DNA from: Candidatus Eiseniibacteriota bacterium
Lineage (GTDB): Bacteria > Eisenbacteria > RBG-16-71-46 > SZUA-252
Assembly (NCBI GenBank): GCA_005893265.1
Contig: VBOX01000087.1
Coordinates: 128-64,127, forward strand
Length of the DNA: 64,000 bases
Direction of reading: 5' to 3'
The position numbers and the translations under genes were made by a program. Of the stretch, positions 19,080 through 28,127 are shown in pieces. The stretch's first letter is position 1. Each line of letters begins with the position of its first letter. Under the pieces are notes generated by a model. It saw only the letters and a program-made list of their open reading frames with translations, had not been told where the DNA came from and ran no database searches.

Positions 19080-20044
19080 CAGCGCCTGACGATCCCAATC
19101 ACGTTCCCTGTGGCGCAGTCCAGGCGCAGAAGCTCTCCCTTGCGAACTCCGTAACGGGCGACGGGAACCTGATAGTCGCCTTGCCCACCGGCAGACCGGA
19201 TCAGGATCAGAGGAGCGCCGTCCCGCGGATCAATCATTGGGGTGCGGCAGCCCTCGCCGGGGGTAGGTTCCACCGCCCGGCCGTCGGGTCCACGGACCTG
19301 AAAATGGGTCGGAGCATCGATCGCGGGATGTAGCCCGGTGCCAGCCGCACAGCCGCCGGCGGCACACACCATGACTAGGAGCGCGGAGACGGCGGATGCC
19401 TGTCTCAGGCGCGGCGGCCGCTCCAGCATTCGAATCACCAGCGCGAAGACCGCGTAGGCCACCAGCGCTGTGACCGCGGCCGCCTTGCCCGAGGGGGGAG
19501 GCGGACCGAAGAACACATACACCTGCACGCCGAGCATGATCAGGCCCAACACGACGAACGCGGTCCGCCGCGCCGCGCCGCTCCGGAAATACAGCCACAT
19601 CCCACCAAAAAGAAGGACGGCCTCCAGGCCGAGAGCCAGGGCGGGGAAATTCCAAAGCCCGAGGCCCATCTTCGCGGTGTTGTCGTAGAGTGGCAGATCC
19701 GGCCTGTGGACGACAAGGTCGAGGACCCAGTGGGAGAAAACGGCGGCGCCGACGAGGAGCGCCGACCAGGCTCTCTTGCCTGGCGCGACCAGTCGATACA
19801 CGGCAAACGCGGCGGCGGACCAGAGCAGCGCCGCAACCAGGCTGTGCGTGTACGGCATGTAGTAGAGATCGAGCGGATTCGTCGCCGTGAATCCCGGCAC
19901 GATGCGCACCTTCTCGATTCCAAGAAGGACGAACGGCGCCCAGGCGACGTCGAGCAGCTGAACCGCGATGAAAAGCACCCAGAGAGGGATGGATCGATCG
20001 CCGCTCTTCGCGGCGAAGCTCACACCATAGTGACCGATGAACAC
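19079..20044 (-). CDS. integral membrane protein (YdjM/metal-dependent-hydrolase-like N-terminal TM domain) with C-terminal extracytoplasmic domain
   Basis: MFIGHYGVSFAAK start and multiple TM helices; family assignment tentative. Confidence 0.45.
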   Translation of the reverse strand: MFIGHYGVSFAAKSGDRSIPLWVLFIAVQLLDVAWAPFVLLGIEKVRIVPGFTATNPLDLYYMPYTHSLVAALLWSAAAFAVYRLVAPGKRAWSALLVGAAVFSHWVLDLVVHRPDLPLYDNTAKMGLGLWNFPALALGLEAVLLFGGMWLYFRSGAARRTAFVVLGLIMLGVQVYVFFGPPPPSGKAAAVTALVAYAVFALVIRMLERPPRLRQASAVSALLVMVCAAGGCAAGTGLHPAIDAPTHFQVRGPDGRAVEPTPGEGCRTPMIDPRDGAPLILIRSAGGQGDYQVPVARYGVRKGELLRLDCATGNVIGIVRR

Positions 20045-20056
20045 GGACGCGATCTC

Positions 20057-20599
20057 CTAGGTTGATCGAGCGCGGATGAGCCCGCCAATGGCCGCGAGGT
20101 GATGATCGTCGTGCTCGGCGACGAAGAAGAAGTGGTCGATCACGCTCATGGGCTGGGCGAGACGTGGATGAAGGGCCGTTCGATCCAGGTCGGCCTGCCC
20201 CAGTGCCTCGAGCCGCTCGACCGTGGTGAGGCGAGCGCTCCGGAACGCGGACAAGAGGTCCTCGAGCGGCCGCTCGTTGTGCCGAGCCTCGTGCGTTTTC
20301 CGATTCTGAAGATCCGCCGTGCGGAGCTGCTTGGCCCCCTGCAAGAAGTCATCGAGCCGGCCGGCCCACAGCCCCTCGAGATCAAAAAGATGCCCGACGT
20401 TTTCTTGAATCGACCAAGCTTCGCCGATCCGACGAACCAGCACACTCGCCGTCAGGCCTCGCACGCGCTCTTCGAGACGTGCGGGAGTGCCACGAACGCG
20501 CTCGAGAATGTCCGGGAACGCCTCCCGCGGGAGCCCGAGCTCGAATCGGCGATCGAACCAGCGCCGGCGTGGCGAGGAATGGACTTCGCTCGGGCTCAT
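20057..20599 (-). CDS. DinB-family (DinB_2) protein
   Basis: C-terminal FFFVAEHDDHHLAAI His motif. Confidence 0.55.
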   Translation of the reverse strand: MSPSEVHSSPRRRWFDRRFELGLPREAFPDILERVRGTPARLEERVRGLTASVLVRRIGEAWSIQENVGHLFDLEGLWAGRLDDFLQGAKQLRTADLQNRKTHEARHNERPLEDLLSAFRSARLTTVERLEALGQADLDRTALHPRLAQPMSVIDHFFFVAEHDDHHLAAIGGLIRARST

Positions 20600-20603
20600 C
20601 GCG

Positions 20604-22097
20604 TTATCGACGGACCGATTCGCCCATGATCTTATGCCCTCGCTCGATGACCTCGCGCACGAGCAGTTCGAGGTCTTCGCGGCGGGTGCGGTGGTTGCAA
20701 ATGCAGACCCGGAGCGCGAGCCGTCCGCCCAAGCGGGTCGAGCTGGGAACCGCCGTTCCGCTCTCCTGCAGACCGAAGAGGATCTCCTCGTTCGCCTTGT
20801 CGAGGCGGCCGCCGTCCGTTCCCCGAGGCGCGAAGCGAAAGCACACGATGTTGAGCGGTACGGGCGCCATCAGCTCCAGCTCCGGACTTGCGGTCACGAG
20901 CGCGGAGAGGTACTGCGCCTGCTCGCAATTCTGCGCCACGAGACGTCCGTACTTCGAGACGCCGTGCTCCTTGATCGACATCCATACCTTGAGCGCCCGG
21001 AAGCCGCGCGAGAGCTGCACGCCATACTCGCTGAACCAGATCGGGCCGGCGGGAAGGCCGCGTTCCAAGTGGGCGAGGTAGTCCGCGGGCGAGACGAACG
21101 CCGCACGATGCTGCTCGGGCCAACGAACGAGAGCGCATCCGACCTCGTAGGGCATGTACATCCATTTGTGGAGGTCGAACGCGAGCGAGTCGGCGCTCTC
21201 CATCCCTCGGACGAGCGGCTTGAGCCGCGGTGCTAAGGCGGCGAGCGCGCCGAAGGCGCCGTCGACGTGGAACCAGAGATTTTCAGCCGCGCAGATCTCA
21301 GCGATCGCGGATAGATCGTCGATCGCGCCGGTGTTGACGGTGCCGGCGTTGCCCACGACGCAGAACGGATGCCGTCCGGCCTTGCGATCCTCGTCGATCG
21401 CCCGGCGCAACGCCGCAAGATCGATCTGGTAGTCATCGTCCACCGGGATCTCCCGCAGTGCCGAGCGCCCGAGCCCGAGGAGCGAAACGCTTTTCCTTAC
21501 GGAGTTATGGGTCTCCGCCGACGCGTAAAGCGTCATGGAGCGCCTCGCCGCGGCGACCCCCTCCTGCGCGATATCCGCCTCCGCCTTGGCATTCCTCGCC
21601 ACCGCGAGGCCGACCAGATTCGCCATCGAGCCGCCGCTGACCAAAAGCCCGCTCGCGGCTTCCGGATAGCCGAGCATCTCCTTGAGCCAGTTCAGAACTT
21701 GGAGCTCGACATAGTTCGCGCCCTGGTCGCCGCCCCCGATGTTCGGGTTCATGGCGGCGCCCAACATGTCGGCGAGAGCGCCGAGCGGTGTCCCGGTCCC
21801 GATCACCCAACCCCAAAAACGAGGGTGGACGTTCCCCATTCCGTGCGGGAACACCGTGCGGCGGAAATCCTCGTACACCGCTCCGGCACCCTGCCCCTCG
21901 ACCGGAAGCGGAGAGCGCAGTGCGGCCTTGACGTTTTCCGGAACAGGTCGCCATACCGGACGCTCGCGGACACGTTCGAGGTAGTCCATGGCGTCGTCCA
22001 CCATGCGATGGCCCAGGCGACGCATGTCGCCCCAGTCTTGCGGATCGAGCGTTTCCTCTTCGGTCAGGCGGGCTTTCTCGTCGAGCTTCTGATTCAC
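20604..22097 (-). CDS. pyridoxal-phosphate-dependent group II decarboxylase (aromatic-L-amino-acid/glutamate decarboxylase family)
   Basis: SGGSMANL, HVDGAFG, DLHKWMYMPYEVG (PLP-lysine). Confidence 0.85.
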   Translation of the reverse strand: MNQKLDEKARLTEEETLDPQDWGDMRRLGHRMVDDAMDYLERVRERPVWRPVPENVKAALRSPLPVEGQGAGAVYEDFRRTVFPHGMGNVHPRFWGWVIGTGTPLGALADMLGAAMNPNIGGGDQGANYVELQVLNWLKEMLGYPEAASGLLVSGGSMANLVGLAVARNAKAEADIAQEGVAAARRSMTLYASAETHNSVRKSVSLLGLGRSALREIPVDDDYQIDLAALRRAIDEDRKAGRHPFCVVGNAGTVNTGAIDDLSAIAEICAAENLWFHVDGAFGALAALAPRLKPLVRGMESADSLAFDLHKWMYMPYEVGCALVRWPEQHRAAFVSPADYLAHLERGLPAGPIWFSEYGVQLSRGFRALKVWMSIKEHGVSKYGRLVAQNCEQAQYLSALVTASPELELMAPVPLNIVCFRFAPRGTDGGRLDKANEEILFGLQESGTAVPSSTRLGGRLALRVCICNHRTRREDLELLVREVIERGHKIMGESVRR

Positions 22098-22115
22098 CGG
22101 GGATGACTCCAGTTT

Positions 22116-22727
22116 TTACGGGACCGGTTCCACGGCGGCCGCAGCGCCGCCGAGCCAATCGCGAACGCGGTCGGCCGAATCGACGACAGGGAATTCCTGC
22201 ACGACCGGCTCGGGGAAGTTCGCCTCCCACCGTGCACCAGGAGGGTAGCACGCCACCCAGTCCCACACGATCTTCAGCGGTCCTCCTCGAACGGGGTACT
22301 TCCTCGTCCACGGGGATCGAAGAATCTCTTCTGACAGGCTCCTGTTCGGGTCCCACCAGTGGGTGGCTCGCGCGTCGGAGACGTAGCATGCCAGCACGTC
22401 ACCGGACGGGGGGAACGCGTCGGTCCAGAGGACCGGCTCCCACACCACGAACGCGCGGACAGGCGCGCCCGCGCGGGTCTTGAGGATCGCCGCCACCGCG
22501 GAGGCCCCCCGCACACACGTCCCTCAGGTCGGCGAGAGCATTACTAGGATTCTAGGTCGATCGATCGCCGCGTTGAAGGAGTCGCGGAGGGCGGGAAGCG
22601 TGGTTCGGTCGAGGCGGGCCAGTTTCCCCGGTTCCCCTCCACGGCCCCACCGGCCTTCGTGCGACTTGGAGCATGAGAGCGTCACGAGAGCTAAGACGAA
22701 CACGAACGCTGGCAGAGAACGGCTCAT
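22116..22727 (-). CDS. thioredoxin-fold lipoprotein with in-frame TGA at the CxxC position (candidate UxxC selenoprotein; alternatively a pseudogene)
   Basis: ORFs 22524..22727 and 22116..22514 are in the same frame, separated by TGA at 22524-22526. Read-through gives ...RILVMLSPT-U-GTC-VRGAS..., a beta1-[C/U]GxC-alpha1 thioredoxin motif. A lipoprotein signal (LVTLSC) is present. Confidence 0.45.
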
Positions 22728-23182
22728 GGATTACCCCCTGACCCGATGGGCTCACTCGGCGCATCGGCTTGTTTCCAGATCAGCCAGCAGTTCAGGTACG
22801 AGAGAGGCCAGAGCACGACAATGTAGCCCATGAATGTGAGTCCCCACAGGAATCCCACCGCCGACTGCAGGATTACCGCGCTTGGGATACGGTGCGAGCC
22901 TTCGCCGCGATTCACGCCTGTCACGAGATCGCCCAGCCCAACCGCGAGTCCGAACAGATAGGTGGCACCGTAGAGTGCCACGAGCGAGAAGAAGACACGG
23001 CCGCCGGCCGGCAGCTTGCGAAGCCGTGCCGCAACCAAGCCCACGAGGATCCCGATCAAGGGCGAGACCAGCACGCCCCCCCAGATGCCTTTTCCTACCA
23101 TATGACCCGCGAGCAGATAGGCAATCGCCCCCCATGCACCACCCGACGCCGCCGAGAGAAAAGCTGTCCGTCTGACGCTCAC
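22724..23182 (-). CDS. hypothetical integral membrane protein
   Basis: 152-aa ORF with 4 TM helices; overlaps the downstream gene by 4 nt. Confidence 0.45.
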   Translation of the reverse strand: MSVRRTAFLSAASGGAWGAIAYLLAGHMVGKGIWGGVLVSPLIGILVGLVAARLRKLPAGGRVFFSLVALYGATYLFGLAVGLGDLVTGVNRGEGSHRIPSAVILQSAVGFLWGLTFMGYIVVLWPLSYLNCWLIWKQADAPSEPIGSGGNP

Positions 23183-23230
23183 GCGATGGGGAGGATTGCG
23201 TCCGCGGCGGTCACAGAGGGCGGGCCCGGG

Positions 23231-23767
23231 CTATTTAGGCGGCCATATGCCGAGGGAGCGCCGGACGAGTACCAGCTGACCTATGTGGTAGGCGTTGTGG
23301 TCGGCGACGAGCAGCAGCTCGCGCAAATACGTCTGCCCCGTGCCGTGCGGAATCCGCGCGAATAGATCCAAAGCAGGGTCCGCGGCCAGCTGCTTCAGCT
23401 CCTCTCGCTCCCGTCGAAACGCAGCGACGCTTTCATCCCACGCCGCCGCTGTAGGGGGGCCCGCGCTCGACGGCCAGTAATCCTCCGGCCACGCGCGCTC
23501 CGAATACGCCGGGTTCCGGCAGAAATCGAGGATGTCGTGCTGCGTGAGGCGCAAGTGCTCGAGAAGCTGCCACGGGGAGTGAGGCATGCCGTGCGGCGCG
23601 ACGCCTCGGAGGGCGGCGTCGACCCCTTCCACCACTGCTTCGAACCCGACGTGCGCGTCTTCCCAGTCGAGGAGCTTCGTCAGGTGTTTCCGAAGCGGCT
23701 CGTCTCGAGCCATCGACTGACCCTCCATGGTTAGCCCTTGGGGAGGAATCGACCCGGGAACGAACAA
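23231..23767 (-). CDS. DinB-family (DinB_2) protein
   Basis: C-terminal ADHNAYHIGQLVLVRR motif. The true start may be the internal MEGQSM or MARDEP. Confidence 0.55.
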   Translation of the reverse strand: MFVPGSIPPQGLTMEGQSMARDEPLRKHLTKLLDWEDAHVGFEAVVEGVDAALRGVAPHGMPHSPWQLLEHLRLTQHDILDFCRNPAYSERAWPEDYWPSSAGPPTAAAWDESVAAFRREREELKQLAADPALDLFARIPHGTGQTYLRELLLVADHNAYHIGQLVLVRRSLGIWPPK

Positions 23768-24080
23768 AATTTTATTCCCAGGCGATTCTCACCGGAGAGC
23801 GAAAGGACTACCAGGCGAAATCTCAGGGTTATTGCCTACCGCACCGTACCGGGAGACACACGACGTGCCCTCATCTGTGCGTCCCTCGGGGCTCAAGAGG
23901 CGACGATTCCGAAAAGCGCCCCGCTCGCGATCCGGCGTAGGGCGCGTAGTTACATATGGGACTGGCACTTTGGGAGCCGGGGACCCCTCCAGAGCCTCCC
24001 CTGGCACGCTCCCTGCGAAAGGCATGGGTTGGGAGGCCCGAGTCCCATCGAGCCCCCAATACTAGCCCGGGGCAGTCTAT

Positions 24081-24125
24081 GGGACAGCCGCCATGTGAAC
24101 GGACTCACGGGACGGCTGCCATGTG
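24081..24125. repeat. imperfect direct repeat GGGAC[A/G]GC[C/T]GCCATGTG x2 (15/17 identical, 28-bp period) in a 490-bp noncoding gap
   Basis: Read directly; lies next to a TTGACA hexamer. Confidence 0.4.
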
Positions 24126-24258
24126 GGCCGACCCGGTTGACATAGATGTCCCTTCGACGAGAGCGAGGGGACGCTAGGAAGGGACGCCTCTGGCAGGGCA
24201 GCAAGCGGCCAGGGGCGTCTTCCATTGTTTGGCCGATTGCGTCGGGGATGGACGGCGC

Positions 24259-24948
24259 TCAGCTCACCGTGGGCCTGGTGACTTCAGACGATTCCAAGGG
24301 CACGATGCCACGTTGGAGGGCGAATCGGACGAGATCGGTGCGGCTCCGGAGACCGAGCTTGCGCATGAGATTCGCGCGGTGGCTCTCGGCGGTGCGCGGG
24401 CTGATGAACAAGCGCCGCGCGATGTCGCTGCTGGTGAGCCCCTCCGCGACGAGGTGGAGCACCTCGCGTTCGCGCGCCGTGAGGGTGCCGTATGGATCGA
24501 CGGCCATGGGTCGCTTGAGATAGGAATCGATCCGGTCATTGGAGAACGGGGTGCTCAGGTAGCGTCGGCCGGCGGCTGCTTCGTGAATCGCCGTCATGAG
24601 TTCCTCCGCGCTTGCATCCTTGAGGACATAGCCCGAAGCCCCGCTCCGTAGAGCCTCGACGACGTGCGCCTCGCTCGAGTACATGGACAGGATCACGACG
24701 CGCGTCTTGGAGAACCGCTTCGCCACGCGCCGAGTAATGTCAAACCCGCCTAGACCAGGCATCATGAGGTCCAGGACCAAAACATCCGGTTTCAGTCGCT
24801 CGACCAGACTAAGAACCCTGAGCCCGTCCGCGGCTTCGCCGATCACGGCGAATCCGGGATCAGCCTCCAGTAGCGCCCGTAGCCCCCGGAGAACAATCTT
24901 GTGATCGTCTCCCAAAACAATCGTCGTAGGTGAGCTCCCAAGGTTCAT
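24259..24948 (-). CDS. two-component response regulator, NarL/FixJ family
   Basis: REC (VLGDDH, VLVLDLMMPG, SGASGYVLKD) plus LuxR HTH (LTAREREVLHLVAEGLTSSDIARRLFISPRTAESHRANLMRKL). Confidence 0.9.
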   Translation of the reverse strand: MNLGSSPTTIVLGDDHKIVLRGLRALLEADPGFAVIGEAADGLRVLSLVERLKPDVLVLDLMMPGLGGFDITRRVAKRFSKTRVVILSMYSSEAHVVEALRSGASGYVLKDASAEELMTAIHEAAAGRRYLSTPFSNDRIDSYLKRPMAVDPYGTLTAREREVLHLVAEGLTSSDIARRLFISPRTAESHRANLMRKLGLRSRTDLVRFALQRGIVPLESSEVTRPTVS

Positions 24949-24952
24949 ACGA

Positions 24953-26044
24953 TCAATCCCCCGACTCCGAGCGCTCCCGAAGCGGCAACTCCGCCGTGAC
25001 CTGCGTGCCCGCCCCGGGGAAAGAGTCGATTCTGAGATGCCCTCCGACCAGGAGCGCCCGCTCCTGCATGCCGGTCAGGCCCGCGGAGCAGCCCGCAGAC
25101 GCCGCTTTCATATCAAACCCCGAGCCCCTGTCCGCCACACGTAGCATCAAGGATGCCGAATCGGCCCTAACATCTACATCAAGGGTCTCGATGCCTGCAT
25201 GGCGAGCCGCATTGGTGAGGGCCTCCTGAATGATGCGAAATAATGCGGTCTCCACCGCCCTGGGAAATCGGGCATCGATGCCTCTATGGCTGAACGAGAC
25301 GCGTACCCGGGTCTGTTCGGTGAAACGCTCAAAATGCCAGGCGAGCGCCGGGAGGAGGCCCAGCTGATCCAGCATCAGCGGCCGCAAATCCATCGATATG
25401 CTTCGGGTGCGTCCCATCAGCTCGTTGACGACCTGCAGCATCTCATCGCGGCGCGATCCCGCGGGGTCCGCCAATCCCAGAGGGTCCTGCCCGTCCGCGC
25501 TGAGCATGAGCTTGAGTCCCGTCAAGAGCTGCCCTATCTCGTCGTGAAGCTCGCGCGCGATCTCCGCTCGCTCGGTCTCCTGGAGCTCCACGAGCCGCCG
25601 CGAGAGGGCTCCGAGGCGCTCACGGTCGTTCCCCGTTTCCTGCTCCGGGAGCGCGGAATCGGCTGTGAGGAGAATCGCGCGCACCCCGTCGAATGGAATG
25701 GGGCTCCATGCTGCGACAACATCGAGCAGGGCTCCCCTTTTTGTCTTATGGCGCCAGACGCAGGTCCCGGGCGAAGCCGATTGCCCGTTGGTCAATCTCT
25801 CCTTCACGACTGGCGCATCCCCGGGAAGATGAATATCCAGGTAGGACATGTTGCGGAATTCATCCAACGAGTAGCGATACTTGGAAACCGCCGCTTCGTT
25901 TGCCGCGAGGAAGCGCAGCGTGGCGAGGTCAAGAACCCATGCGGGGTGCGGGAGCTTCTCGAAGATAACCCGGTACCGATCGCCGCCCAGCTCGGGGCGG
26001 CTCAGCTTCGAGGCAGAGTTCGAATCGCTACGTTCGTGCTGCAT
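24953..26044 (-). CDS. sensor histidine kinase (PAS + HisKA_3 + HATPase_c), cognate to 24259..24948
   Basis: H-box ELHDEIGQLLTGLK; N, G1 and G2 boxes (EALTNAARHA, DRGSGF, GLTGMQERA). Start placed at the internal MQHERSD. The ORF stays open to 26287, so an 81-aa N-terminal extension is possible. Confidence 0.75.
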   Translation of the reverse strand: MQHERSDSNSASKLSRPELGGDRYRVIFEKLPHPAWVLDLATLRFLAANEAAVSKYRYSLDEFRNMSYLDIHLPGDAPVVKERLTNGQSASPGTCVWRHKTKRGALLDVVAAWSPIPFDGVRAILLTADSALPEQETGNDRERLGALSRRLVELQETERAEIARELHDEIGQLLTGLKLMLSADGQDPLGLADPAGSRRDEMLQVVNELMGRTRSISMDLRPLMLDQLGLLPALAWHFERFTEQTRVRVSFSHRGIDARFPRAVETALFRIIQEALTNAARHAGIETLDVDVRADSASLMLRVADRGSGFDMKAASAGCSAGLTGMQERALLVGGHLRIDSFPGAGTQVTAELPLRERSESGD

Positions 26045-26311
26045 GGCGCGATCCCGTTTCTCGTGTGGCACAGGACCCCCTCCCATTGATACACCATCGG
26101 CCACCGGAGGTGCGACGATACAAAACATCCATGGGTGGGATGATATAAGCGCCTGGCGGTCCATCGATTGCGTCAGGGCGCTATATATCATTGCGGGGGT
26201 CCCGATTGCGGCACACCTTGACGCTAGAATGGTACGCCCGGTTTTCAAGGGAGTCAAGGTCCCCGACGGGCTCGCGTGGCGGACCACGCGCGGGTCGTCC
26301 GTTGCGATGCA

Positions 26312-26980
26312 TCACTGATATAGCCTCTTGATCGCCCCCCACGTCTCGGAGCCCACGTGCGTCGTGCACCCGTTCACGCCTCCCGGCGTGGGCGAACAGC
26401 CCGTTCCCGCCGGCGTCCCGCTCCCGGTGTAACGATTCAGTGAGTCGAAGAGAATCCAGTCCTCGCTCCCCGTGCTCGCGCGACCCACGGACCGGTCGCT
26501 TCCACCCTCGATGCTTCCGTACGTGTGGGTATCGACGGTCGTCGTGTCGGGTCCCGTCACGCGCAGCAGGTACACCTGGTCTCCGGAATTGTTGAGGCTC
26601 AACCCTGCCGTGGTAAGCCCCCGCGAGCGCTGCCACGCCACCGCCGCGCTCCCTACGATGAGCTTCACCTCACCCGGGGCGATCGTTCCCGAGAAGCCGA
26701 AACGGACCGTCCTGACCCCGTCGCCAAGACGGTACTCGTCCATCGCGAGCACGTCCGGGCCTGCGTTTTGGATCTCGACCCACTCGTCGTCCTTCGAATC
26801 GTAGAGCCCGTCTCCGTCCCAATCGCGCGCCGGAGCCGCGAGGATCTCATTGAGCCTGAGGCCAGGCGCGGCCCGCCCGTCTCCCTCCGCATGACGCACC
26901 GATACCGCCTCGATCGCGACCGCCGCGGCGACGGCGATGACGAGCGCCCACACGACACCTCCCCAACGAACCATGTGCAT
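26312..26980 (-). CDS. secreted lamin-tail-domain (LTD) protein
   Basis: LNEILAAPARDWDGDGLYDSKDDEWVEIQNAG...RLGDG matches the LTD consensus; N-terminal signal/anchor. Confidence 0.65.
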   Translation of the reverse strand: MHMVRWGGVVWALVIAVAAAVAIEAVSVRHAEGDGRAAPGLRLNEILAAPARDWDGDGLYDSKDDEWVEIQNAGPDVLAMDEYRLGDGVRTVRFGFSGTIAPGEVKLIVGSAAVAWQRSRGLTTAGLSLNNSGDQVYLLRVTGPDTTTVDTHTYGSIEGGSDRSVGRASTGSEDWILFDSLNRYTGSGTPAGTGCSPTPGGVNGCTTHVGSETWGAIKRLYQ

Positions 26981-27043
26981 TCTCCTTGCGCCGAAGCGCG
27001 GTTTCGTCGGGGCGTCTTTTGAACCAGCGGGTCGAACGAACGA

Positions 27044-28099
27044 TCAGAACGTTTCGCGATGCCGAGTACGCCAGAGGGCGCGGGGGGCTCCTTGATCGGG
27101 GAGAAGACGGGGCAGATTCCACAAAACCGGAAGCACGAGCAGCAACGAAACCGCCGTCCCCCACCGGGGATCGCCAAGCGAGACGAGGGTCCCCGGCGCG
27201 TTGAGCCAAAGGGCGAAGGCGACCGACGCCACGAGGACGCCTCGGACGCTTCCCAAGCCATAGAATGCGATCGTGATCCCGGCGAATGCGAGCGGGAAAG
27301 GCCAGCGTTCGAGTGCGACGGCCGGGTGCGTCCAGAGTTGGAGCGCCCCGGTGAGCCCCGCGCAAGCTCCGCCGGCGGCCAGCATCCAGAGCTGAACCAA
27401 GTCCACGTCCACGCCGGCCGCAACCGCCGCGAGCGGGTTCGAGCCGACCGTCCTGAGATCGAATCCGTGGGCGGACGTGCGCAGAACGTGCGCGAAGACA
27501 AGCGCGATGAGAAGGCCGAGCGCGAGGACCAGAATCCCCCACGTCAGCAGGAAGGTATGCCCGAGACCGAGGCCTGGGGTCCACTGGAGGAGAACGGGAG
27601 CATGGCTCCACTCGAACGCGAGCGCGGGGAGCGCGGCCGGTACCGGGGAGACCGTCCGCGCGATTGGAATCATCGCGCCTCCGAGCAGAAGCCCGCTCAT
27701 GACCTCGTGAACCGCGAACCGCCGACGCAACCAAAGCATGACGGCTCCCGTCAGCGCCCCCGCGCCCGCCCCAGCGGCGAGCGCGAGCCCCGCCCGGGCG
27801 GCCGGATCAATCGAGGGAGTCCGAACGATCGCCGCGGCCACGGCGAACCCGGCGAGAAACTGCGCGTGGATCCCAAGGTTCAGGACACCGGCGTGGAGCG
27901 GCATGAGAAAACCGAGCCCCAAGAAAAGAAGGCCCGCCGCGACGAAAACGAAATCGCCGGCCCATGGGGCGGCCCACGCGGCCGGATTCCACGCCGCGGC
28001 TTGGCGCGCAAGGAACTGGGTGCCGGCGGCCAGCAAGACAAATGCGGCCACGTTGGCGAGGAGAGACCATACGCCGCCCCGGCAGCGACCCGGGATCAC
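27044..28099 (-). CDS. ABC transporter permease (BPD_transp_2, branched-chain/sugar type)
   Basis: 8-10 TM helices and the family's conserved permease loop motif. Confidence 0.7.
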   Translation of the reverse strand: MIPGRCRGGVWSLLANVAAFVLLAAGTQFLARQAAAWNPAAWAAPWAGDFVFVAAGLLFLGLGFLMPLHAGVLNLGIHAQFLAGFAVAAAIVRTPSIDPAARAGLALAAGAGAGALTGAVMLWLRRRFAVHEVMSGLLLGGAMIPIARTVSPVPAALPALAFEWSHAPVLLQWTPGLGLGHTFLLTWGILVLALGLLIALVFAHVLRTSAHGFDLRTVGSNPLAAVAAGVDVDLVQLWMLAAGGACAGLTGALQLWTHPAVALERWPFPLAFAGITIAFYGLGSVRGVLVASVAFALWLNAPGTLVSLGDPRWGTAVSLLLVLPVLWNLPRLLPDQGAPRALWRTRHRETF

Positions 28100-28127
28100 G
28101 GACGCCCCCGCACGACGCCCGTGGCGA

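Noticed and set aside
23768-24258. RNase P RNA, SRP RNA or 6S RNA in the 490-bp gap
   Set aside because: No GAAAGUCCGGGC/AGGGUGAAA-type RNase P motifs and no SRP domain IV consensus could be found by eye
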